DNA of 62,000 nucleotides, from the NCBI GenBank assembly GCA_013239625.1, contig MU053881.1, positions 2,976,001 to 3,038,000 on the forward strand, given 5' to 3'. A program made the position numbers and the translations under genes. The notes beneath the pieces are model-generated. The model was not told where the DNA came from, made no database searches, and saw only the letters and a program-made list of their open reading frames with translations. The stretch is from Lama guanicoe (Eukaryota). Positions 1 to 8,870 of the stretch are shown here, in pieces (position 1 is the first letter of the stretch; the number at the start of each line of letters is the position of its first letter).

Positions 1-144
1 CAGGATGCTCTCCTCCTCCTCCTCCTCCTCGTCCCCGCAGCCCGCCGGGATGGCCTTCTTGGGCCGGGTCAGGCTCCCCTCGCAGGGCTGCTCCAGGGCT
101 GCCTTCTCCTCAGCCTCCTTCTCCTCCTTCTTCTTCAGCCCGTA
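1..144 (-). CDS. CPLX2: Complexin-2, last coding exon, truncated by window edge ([48 protein letters not shown]...)
   Basis: Polypyrimidine tract plus ctccag|TAC acceptor at 146-145, then 48 in-frame codons matching the CPLX2 C-terminal half. The stop codon lies outside the window. Confidence 0.97.
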
Positions 145-888
145 CTGGAGAGGGGAAGGATGGAGAGCAGCATGAGCGCAGGGCAAAGAGAGAGCTGGGT
201 CTCAAGGTCATGCACACGTGGCCGGGGCAGCTTGTGAAAACCCCTCAGCCTTGGTCCTCTCATCTATAAAATGAGGGTAAGGACACCTTCCTCAGCGGAT
301 GCTCAGTAAGAGGAAGAGAGATGGTGCCTAGGGTTTCCTCTAAAATCAAGTCCTGCCCACCCACATAATTCCTCTATTCTTCCTAAATCCTCCAAGATCT
401 GAAAACTGAACGTTCTCCCATACACTTGGAGCCAAATTTTGGTGACAAAACTGGACTGGAACTGATGGAAGGCTACATATAGCCTTGATTTACTGCAGTG
501 TGAGCAGACAAGTATCGAACTGCTGGCATAGGGTGGCAGCTACAGACTCGCTGGGAGTGACACGTAACAGTGCTCACTATGGCACTTCCCAAATATCCCC
601 ACATTCTGGGTTCCAAACTTGTTTCGTCTCCAGGATTTCGGGGACACGGTCGTGGACCTGGAGCAGCACACATTAGGGGGCACTTACCATGGGCATCATC
701 TTATTTAATCCCCATAACGGCCCTTGAGGGAGGTGTTCCTGTGACATGCATTTTTCCAATGAGTCAGGTTCAGAGAGAGCTAGGTGTAAGGCGAGGGCTG
801 GAATTCAGGGAAGCCCGAAGCTGAAGCCGGGGGTTGGGGGGACCCTTTAACCCCTACGCTCCGAGGTGGGCAGGAGGGCGGCGCTGAC

Positions 889-1064
889 CTTGTCCCGGAT
901 CTGCTGCCGGACCTTCTCGCGCTCCGCCTCCATGCGCGCGTGCTTGGCCTTGCGCTCCTCCTCCTGCTGCCGAAGTGCCTCCTGCCGCTCCTCCTCCTTC
1001 TTCTGCGCGTCAGGGTCCTTCTCCTCCTCTCCCCCCAACATCTTCCCCATGTCCTTGGTGGCCC
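889..1064 (-). CDS. CPLX2: Complexin-2, second coding exon (176 nt; [59 protein letters not shown]; accessory and central SNARE-binding helix)
   Basis: Acceptor ccgcag|GG at 1066-1065 and donor AAG|gtcagc at 888-887; phase fits the neighbouring exons. The residues DAQKK and [15 protein letters not shown] are CPLX2-type rather than CPLX1. Confidence 0.98.
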
Positions 1065-1200
1065 CTGCGGGGAGTGGGTTGGAGAGGAAGAGGGCGGGGT
1101 CATGGGGGTAAGGATGGGAATGGGGATGGGGGCCGTGATGCGCTGTGGCCCCTCCCCCCTGGCTCTGGACTGGGTGAGGGGTGCAGGGCCGGGACCTCAC

Positions 1201-1231
1201 CTCCGAGGGCCTGCTTCATGACGAAGTCCAT
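1201..1231 (-). CDS. CPLX2: Complexin-2, first coding exon (coding part, [10 protein letters not shown] + first base of Gly11)
   Basis: Minus strand reads ATG GAC TTC GTC ATG AAG CAG GCC CTC GGA G|gtgagg. The start has strong Kozak context (taggcATGG) and the GT donor is at 1200-1199. Matches the known complexin-1/2 N-terminus. Confidence 0.97.
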
Positions 1232-1322
1232 GCCTACGACTGCTGCGGTTAGTGTGCCCTAGCCAGCAGCCGAATTTGCATGCAGCGCTCCAGGCAGGCC
1301 TGGCTCTGGGAGACGTGGCAAC
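1232..1322 (-). other. CPLX2: CPLX2 5'UTR portion of the ATG-containing exon
   Basis: Acceptor cctcttttgcag|GTTGCC with AG at 1324-1323, giving a 122-nt exon 1322-1201. Confidence 0.8.
1249..1281 (-). other. Upstream ORF in CPLX2 5'UTR (MQIRLLARAH*)
   Basis: ATG CAA ATT CGG CTG CTG GCT AGG GCA CAC TAA. The stop lies 17 nt before the main ATG and the context is weak (ctgcATGc). Confidence 0.6.
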
Positions 1323-2347
1323 CTGCAAAAGAGGATTTGGGGGTCAGATGGGAGAGCCTTCTGCACAGGCAGGGCGGTGGAGTGAGACGAGAGCCTCACC
1401 CTGGTTCAGGCATCTGGCACCATCAGTCTGAGGCCAAGAACCAGTGCCGGGTACCGTGGGGATAGGAGATGGAAAGGGGCTATTTCCTGAGCACTTGCTA
1501 TGTTCCAGGCACATATGTGCTGCCAATGGCTTCTGATCCATATTTTAAAACTTTCATCTTGACCTTATTGCTTTAATTTGGTAGAAGCCAGGAGCGTTGG
1601 AAAGAATCTGGAATTTGGATTCAGGCAGAGCTGGGTTCTAATGCCACTCTAACTCTTGTCATGTGAATTTCATGTGACTTTCATGCAGGTTATCCAACCT
1701 CCTGGAGCCCCGGTTTCCTCCTCTGAGAGATGGCAGTGCCTCCTTGCTCAGGGCTATTGTGGAGACTGGAGAGAATTCCAGCCTGGGCCACTGGATCAAC
1801 CCCTAGGGGGCGTGAGCTTGCCCTCAGGGCTCCAGCAAATCAGAGGTGGATGGAAAAATGAGACCAGCTAGCTTGGCTGAACATATCCAGACTTCTGAAA
1901 TTAGGTAAGTGGAGAAATAAGTTATTTTTATTGCAGCATACACGTAAGTTTTGTGTTTTATAGCTTAATATCGATTTTGATTTTGAACTACACGTAGGGA
2001 GTTGGAGACATGATAATCTTCTTGGGGCTTAGGGCCTTTCAAGTACCAAGCACTGGACCTCATAAGCACTCAGCTTATGTTAGCCCCCCTTTCCCTCTCC
2101 TTAAATCACCGACTTTCAGTTTTTATTATATTTTTATTGTTTTTTTTTAGCCTCAGAAGATTTTCTCCAAATAAAATCTTCATGGGAATCTCATTATGAA
2201 AAATACATAAAAATGCAACTATTCCAATGGTGGTGGGGGGAGGGGGAAAGGGTCTGGAGCCTCCCTCCACCCTTGGCCTCCTTCTTACCCTGTTTTTCGA
2301 ACCTCCCTGAGAATTTGAACCTGGATGTTTTAACTCTTAGAGATTTC

Positions 2348-2516
2348 TTTCTTTTTTTCTTTTTAACTTAAAATTTTTTTTTTCTGAGGAGAGGTATTTA
2401 GGTTTATATATATATATTTTTTATTATTATTTTTATTTAATGGAGGTACTGGGAATCGAGCCTATGATCTCATGTGTGCTAAGCATGCACTCTAACACTG
2501 AGCTATTCCCTCCCCC
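2348..2516 (-). mobile_element. tRNA-derived SINE (camelid Vic-1-like, long form)
   Basis: Reverse complement reads GGGGGAGGGAATAGCTCAGTGTTAGAGTGCATGCTTAGCAC...CTCGATTCCCAGTACCTCC plus an A-rich tail. GAGATTTC direct repeats at 2340-2347 and 2518-2525. Confidence 0.85.
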
Positions 2517-4018
2517 GGAGATTTCCTTTTTGTTTTGACCATTCAGTGTCACTGGTGCTTTCACAGGCAAAGCCACCACAAACCCTTTTTCAGGTGTGGA
2601 GGGGCACATCTGTGAGCTCTCCAAGGTGTCGTGTGTCCTGATGGTCAGCTGAAGCCAGGCCTACCCCCCAAAACCTTGGGGTCTTTATGATTTGCTTGGA
2701 AGAAAAAGGGGTCCTGGGAGATGGTGGCAGGGAAATCAGACCGAATATTGCAGCCAGGTTGAGTTCAAGGTCACCAGCTGTTTGTTGATGATGGATTTTC
2801 CTCATTTCTTTCAAGATGAGAAAACATATCACTAGACTGAGATCTTTTCATAAAATGGGCCCTGAGAGTTTATTTGAGAACTTCTGCCTGATCAGATCAC
2901 CTGATAGGTTGTTTTGAGAAAGGAAAGTCATGATGGTGTAGAAAACCATCCCCAGGGACTTTGGTATCAGACACATCTAGTTTGAAATCTGGTCCCAAAA
3001 CTCACTGGCTGTGGCTCCCTGGGAGAGTTTTGGCTTTTTCCCTGCAAATCCGGGGAGTATTAAGTCCCCCTTGTACTGATGTTTGAAAGGGAAGAGAAGC
3101 TACTGATCAGTTGCCTGGCATGTAGCAGGCACTACAGGCGTGATGTCAGCCACTGCTGACTGCATGTTTATGAGGACACGTCAAAAAAGAACAGAATTCC
3201 CAGGAAATGCAGGAGAACCCACCCTGACCCAGAATTCTGAGTTTAAAGGCAGCTTGGCTCAGTCAATCAAGGTGTTTTCATTTGACTCAAAACATTGTAA
3301 AGAGACTGCATTTCTAAGAACAGGAAATGAACAATTTAATAATCAAACGATTTCAGGAACCCTTGGGTTCCTCCTCAGTGTTTACATGCAGCTCAAGGAA
3401 TTGCCAGGTGGTGGTGGAGGATGCAGGACTCTAATTTGAGATGTTTCAAATTGGTCCACAGGGCACCTGTGCTTTAGTTCCAGCCTCATCCTTAACTTGC
3501 TGCCTGGCAAGTCTCTCTCCTGGACCAGATGATCTTCTGGGCCCTTTTCCCAGTGCTTCTGTTGAAGCAGTTCTGCAGCAGTTGAACTGCTGGCCATCCC
3601 ACTGTATCCTTAAACCCTTCTTTTCTCTTGTTTCTGTGACTCAGTTCTTTCCTCTCCCCCAACTTCACTACTCTCCCTCCCTTCCTACTGCTCTTTCTCC
3701 CCTCCCTTCCTTTGTGGCTCCTCTTCTTCCTCTTGTCTCTTCAGAAGTGTGTTCTCCAGGACTCTGACCTCAGCCCCTGTCTTTTTTTCATCTCTAACCT
3801 TTCCCCGGGGGAACTCATCCTTCCCAGGGACTTTTAATGACCGCTAACACTGATGACACCTAGACATCTTACCTGGGCACTAGACCTCTATCTTCATTTG
3901 TCCATTAAGTGTTAGTTGAGCATCTACTATGTGTCCAGCACTGTGTTAGGCACTAGGGATGTAACAGTGAATGAGACAAAGTCCTGTCCTTGTGTAGACT
4001 ACATTCTGGGGTATGTAT

Positions 4019-4050
4019 TGTGTGTGTGCGTGTGTATGTGTGTGTGCGTA

Positions 4051-4085
<35 letters not shown>
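4019..4085. repeat. Compound (TG)n(AG)n microsatellite
   Basis: Directly visible. Confidence 0.95.
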
Positions 4086-4949
4086 TATGGAAATAGGCAA
4101 TAAATAAGTCAAGAAATACACTTGCCTCCCGTTTGCCCACCTCCCCTTGGATGTGCCAGGGCACCACTCAAACTCAACATGTTACCTCTCTATCACCAAA
4201 CCATCTCCTTCTCCAGACTCCTCTGTTTCCTGCATTCACTCAGAAAACATCGATTACCAGCCCCACTCGCAACAAGCAAAGTACATCTACTCAAGGGCTG
4301 AGCCCTCTCTGTGCTTACATCACTGTCACTCTAGGTGACTCCCAGCGTGGTCCTTTCAGCTGTTAAGCAATTTTTTCGTCACCCTGTCGAGACTCCCCTA
4401 ACCAGTTTCTCCAGGTCCAACCTACTCCCATCCATCCATCTCAGCAGGTGATTTCCTTCCCATTCCTTGTGGTGTGGTTCACTTGAAGGCTCACAAATGC
4501 TGCGGTCAGGCACATCTGACTCGGATCCCGAATCTGCTACTTTTTAGCTACGTGATAGTGAGTAATTGACTTAACCTCTCTGAGTCTCCATTTTCTTTAT
4601 AGAGCGAACATTATAATACCACTTTGAAGGGTTAGAAATAATCTATGGAATGTGTTTTGTATATGATGGGGGCTCAGTCAATAGTGGCTACTATCATTAC
4701 CAAAATAATGCCAGCTGGTGTGAGCTCCTGCAACCTCCCCTCGTAGCTCCTAAGGAAGAGATTCCCTCTGTCCCACTGAAGCCAGTCCATCTGTCTGAGC
4801 TCCAGTTTTTCTCTTTAGACCTCCTCCTTTATCCATTCATCACTCCCTCTTCCTCACATCTCCAGTCTTTACTCCTTAGGTGTCTTTTATCCCCGTCCTT
4901 CTCCAGCTCCTGCTGTGAACCCACCTTTCTCTGAATCTCTGCCCTCTTA

Positions 4950-6050
4950 CTTCATGATCAAGTGGTCTCCACTTGGTGCCACCCAGTCAAACCCTACAGC
5001 TCTGTGAGATCAGAAGTCTGCAGCGCCTGCACTGCTGCCAAGAAACTGCCAGAGGCCTCTTAATCCGCAGACCCAGGGGTGTTTCCACAGCCCTCCTCTC
5101 CCTCTGTAACATCAGATGCTGATAAAGACCTCTTACCCCTCTTCCACCTGCCCTGGTTTTTTTTCAGCTTTCTTCTTGAATCTCCTGAATCCGTGACACA
5201 GCACTCCTGTGGTCATCACCCTGCTTCTCAGACTGTCTTCTCTCTGTCTTTTGCTGACTCCCCCTCCCATTGCCCTTCCATCCCCTACTCTGTCTCCCTT
5301 GGAAATCTCACCTATTCCTGTTGGTTTATGCCCTTCTTCAGCTACAGATCTCTCTCTCTCTCTCCCAGACCTGCACATTTAAGTCTGTACTGAATAGTCT
5401 CAAGTTCAATCTGTCCAAAGATCAATCTCATCCTTGCCTCCCCCACCCAACTATCTTTTCCTCCAGCATGCCTTGTTCCAACTGCCTCAATAGAAAACTC
5501 CAGAGTCAGAGAATTCTTCATTCATTCATTCATTCATTCACTCACACACTACTTGCACAATATTCTTTGGACATCTACTCTCTGCCAGGCAATGTCCTGG
5601 CTGCTAGGGTTATGGCAAGAAACAAGGGAGTCCGAGCATTTATTCTCCTAGCAGTCAGTCCACTAGGGAGGTAGACATTGGACAAGAAACCACACAAGGA
5701 ATTGGCAAGTTATAATTGGGAGAGGGTGCTGAGGGAAAAGTCTGGAGACTATAGCTTCACAGTGTTTCCTGCATCCACACGCCCCCTCTTCTACAGCTGC
5801 TAATGCCTTGGTTCAGGGCCTTGAGGTTCTGAATTTGTGTATAACCTCTAACTGGATCCCTCCTCTTATCCATCCTCCGCAAGGCTGTCCGATTAATCTT
5901 CCTAAAGGGCAGATCTGCCCATGCAAACACACCCTGCAACGGCTCCCCACGGCCTCGTTAAACCAACTAGAGTCCTTGTGCTGACCTTCACGTCCTGCAC
6001 GGTCTAGCACCTGCCTACCTCGCCATTCACTTCTCGTCCGTTGCGTGTGG
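4950..6050 (+). mobile_element. L2 LINE fragments (with an inverted L2 3' piece at ~5510-5750)
   Basis: CT-rich L2-type sequence, with a (CATT)n L2 tail at 5516-5540 in the opposite orientation. Confidence 0.55.
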
Positions 6051-6071
6051 CTCTCTGTCAGCTAAACCTCC

Positions 6072-6118
6072 GCACACATTCTTTCCAAAAACTCTGCACA
6101 CATTCTTTCCAAAAACTC
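6072..6118. repeat. 24-bp tandem duplication
   Basis: GCACACATTCTTTCCAAAAACTC at 6072-6094 and 6096-6118. Confidence 0.9.
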
Positions 6119-6174
6119 CAAAAGCATCTGTTTATGCTATTTCCACAGTCTTGGAATCTCTTAACCTCATCTCT

Positions 6175-6365
6175 GCCAGTTCAAATCCTGGCTCCACTAC
6201 TTACTAAGTGACCTTGAACAAATGACTTCATCTTTTCTCATCTGTAAAGTGGAGACAATAACACCTATGCCCAAGGCATGTTGTGAGCATTAAATGAAAT
6301 AATGCAAATAAAGTGCTCAGCCCAGTGTTTGGCACGTAGTAGATGCTCAGTATATATTAGCTATC
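6175..6365 (+). mobile_element. MIR SINE (representative; many other MIR copies occur across the window)
   Basis: GTTCAAATCCTGGCTCCACTACTTACT...TCATCTGTAAAGTGG...ATTAAATGAAATAATG...GGCACGTAGTAG MIR core. Confidence 0.75.
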
Positions 6366-7224
6366 ACCATCATCTCCACCATTACCAGCAGCAGCAGCAT
6401 TAATTTTCAAAGACCCTGTCATACATAACATAAAATTTCCCAGATCTTCTGGGTGAGATGTGATGGTATCATTCTCTTTTGAGACCCGTGGCACTTTCTA
6501 AGGGCAGCCTTACCTGTCTCCAGCTCATACACCCTGCCCAACTATGTGTCTTTCCCTTCCCAGTCACTCTGAACTCCTCCCAAGCCAGGACCTGTATCTT
6601 GCACATTTCTCCTGTCCTAGAATCTGCAGCATCTCCTGGTTCTTGGTATATCCTCAGGACATGTTTGCTGGATTGAATTTAATGTGTGCCAGCGAAGTGT
6701 GTGAGAGTGTACTCGTTCAAGGTATGATCCTGCGTGTCTGACTCTGAACTTGGGCAGCATTGTGATTCTGCGTGAGCGTGTGTGCAGGCGTGTGTGTGTG
6801 GAGATATTTTGTCATATGCCTGTAGGAGTGCTGAAGTCCAGCAGGTTGTGTGCAGTTGAGGATTTTGGCCAGACCGCCAGGAGGCGCTCCTCAGCGGGTC
6901 TGCGGGAAGCCTCGGTCTATCCCTGCGCGGGAAGGGTGACGGTGGTGGTGGTAGTGGGGATGCTAGGCTAGGGGGAGGGGAAAAGAGGAGGGGGTGGGGC
7001 AGGGATGCTGCTGCAGCACCAGGTTTCCGTGCCTTTAGCGCGACCGGGATCCAGGGCGCGTCTTCAGCTTCCCCTCCCCGGCTCCTTCCCAAACCACCCC
7101 GGCCCGAAGGCAGCTGAGGCACTTCCTCAGGTTCGGCCCTCTGAGCCCCAGGCGGTTTTCGCGACTGGGCCCGCCATCTGATAAGCAGACTGGGGCACCT
7201 GCAGTGTTTGTCCTTGTGGCTGTT

Positions 7225-7228
<4 letters not shown>

Positions 7229-7265
<37 letters not shown>
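7229..7265. repeat. (TG)18 microsatellite in CPLX2 intron 1
   Basis: Perfect dinucleotide run. Confidence 0.97.
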
Positions 7266-7267
<2 letters not shown>

Positions 7268-8190
7268 AAATGGCTCAAGTCCGGGCCATATTCACCGCAA
7301 CTGAGTTCAACACTCATTTGCTTTTTTGCGGGGGACTCTACGCTAATGGCGGTGGCAGAGACTGGGGATGTCCCTCTATCCCCTACCCCACGCCCCTAGA
7401 AGCACGGGGGGAGGGGAAGGAGCAGTGGAGGATGGGAGGCGGCAGGGAACTGGCTCCTGCAGAAAAGCGGAAGTGGCGGGGGCTTCGCATCCCCTCCGAA
7501 GAAGAGGGGACAGGAATTCTGGCGCCCCTATCGGGTCCCCCGCATAGATCGATGTAGTCAGCAGCTCTGCCCCGAGCTCACGGTTGGCCCCTGAGAGCGC
7601 CCCTCCTCCAACACTCAGGGCTCCAACCCCAAGACCCCGCCGGGTCTCAAACTTTGCTGAGGGAGGGGGCAGAGTGGGACCGGCGAAGGCATAGAACAGA
7701 CCGTCCCTAATGACCCCAGGCAGCGGACAATTGCTCTCCAAACCTCGCCTCCTCCTCCTCCCATGACAAATAATCCTCTTGGTCCCCCCACCCCCAATCG
7801 ACGTTTAGGTTCTCCTCCACTCCACCTTCGGTCTGTCCGCCCCACTCCCGCCGCCCTCTGACTCACTTCGGGACCCCGAACTGAACCCCCTCGGGGGCGG
7901 CTCCCTCCTCCCAGGCGAAGGAAGACCCTGGCCGGCTCCTGGTTAACCGGAGCCTGAAGTAGCTTAGATCGACGTCCCCCACCCCTACCCCAAGAGCTCG
8001 AAGTTGTTCTCTAGGTTCACACTTGAGTCTCCCGCCGTCCTCGGGGCGGTCTTGGCTCCCCGGGAGCTGGGCAGTTTCAGGCTTCTGCCCGGGGGTCTCT
8101 GGCTCGGGGGCCCACCCCACCCTCCCAGTTTGCGCCTGTTTCCCTCCCTTCCCTCCGCCTGCTCGCTTCGCCCTCGCAGGGAGCTGTCCT

Positions 8191-8211
8191 TTCAGCACCA
8201 CGGCGAGCGCG
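8191..8211 (+). promoter_or_regulatory. RE1/NRSE (REST-binding) -like element
   Basis: TTCAGCACCACGGCGAGCGCG matches the consensus TTCAGCACCACGGACAGCGCC at 18/21. An inverted right half-site (GAGCTGTCC) is adjacent at 8181-8189. Confidence 0.65.
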
Positions 8212-8396
8212 CCCGGGAGGGTCCCCGCTGCCGCCGCGCAGCCTCCCATCCTGACGCCGGGGCGGACTTGGGGAGCTATTCCCCCCGAAAGCCGAACTCC
8301 GCAGCTTCCGTGGCTGCGCTGCGGCTTCGAGACCACAGCCCGGACCCTGTTGCCCACAGCCCGGCTCCGCCCTCCCGGCCTGTGGCCAGCACCGAC

Positions 8397-8600
8397 CTGG
8401 CGGTCCCCGCAACCGTCTGAGCCGCTGCAGGGCTCCGGCCCGAACTCAGCGAGGCGGTTCCTTATGCTGTTTCAGCTCCCGCCGCCGCCTCGTGCAACTC
8501 CGCCCGGCGAGCTGGGGCCGTGGCTACTGCCGCGGGCGGCTGCCGGAGGCGCCCTCCAATCACACCCGTCAGCCCGGCCCTGACGTGCTACCGCTCCCCT
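8397..8600 (-). other. CPLX2: Probable non-coding first exon of CPLX2 (5' end uncertain)
   Basis: Lies in the CpG island with donor CAG|gtcggt at 8396-8395 and no minus-strand ATG. It sits just downstream (transcript sense) of a GA-repeat/purine tract, ~7 kb from the next exon. Confidence 0.7.
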
Positions 8601-8615
8601 TCCAGATGGGAAATT

Positions 8616-8619
<4 letters not shown>

Positions 8620-8660
<41 letters not shown>

Positions 8661-8870
8661 TTCCCCTTTTCTCCCCTCCCCCCCCCCCCCTCTTTTTTTA
8701 CGCTCTTTTTGTCCCTCTCTCCCCCCCCTCATTCCCTTTCCCCCAGCTTTCCCTCTTCCTCCCCCCCTCCGTCTCCCTTTCCCATTCTCCCTCCTTTCCC
8801 TCCACCTCTCTTTTTAAAAATCTCCATTCGGTCCTTCCTCCTCCACTTTTCCTTCCACCTTCTCCTCCAG
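8620..8870. repeat. (TC)16 microsatellite followed by ~220-bp polypyrimidine/polypurine tract
   Basis: (TC)16 at 8620-8651, then almost purely C/T on the plus strand. Confidence 0.9.

Larger units (their letters stand above)
6870..8600. promoter_or_regulatory. CpG island / proximal CPLX2 promoter and start of intron 1
   Basis: Much higher GC and CpG density than the flanks, with GC boxes, CCAAT at 8556-8560 and a CRE-like TGACGTGC at 8581-8588. Confidence 0.85.

Noticed and set aside
780..1262. Several overlapping ORFs around the CPLX2 exons, including 847-1200
   Set aside because: These are alternative-frame or antisense shadows of GC-rich coding exons, or intron read-through. Only the spliced frame gives complexin-2.
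6679..8732. Many 100-210 aa ORFs in the CpG island
   Set aside because: High GC depletes stop codons, and the peptides include microsatellite-derived HTHT/ERER runs.
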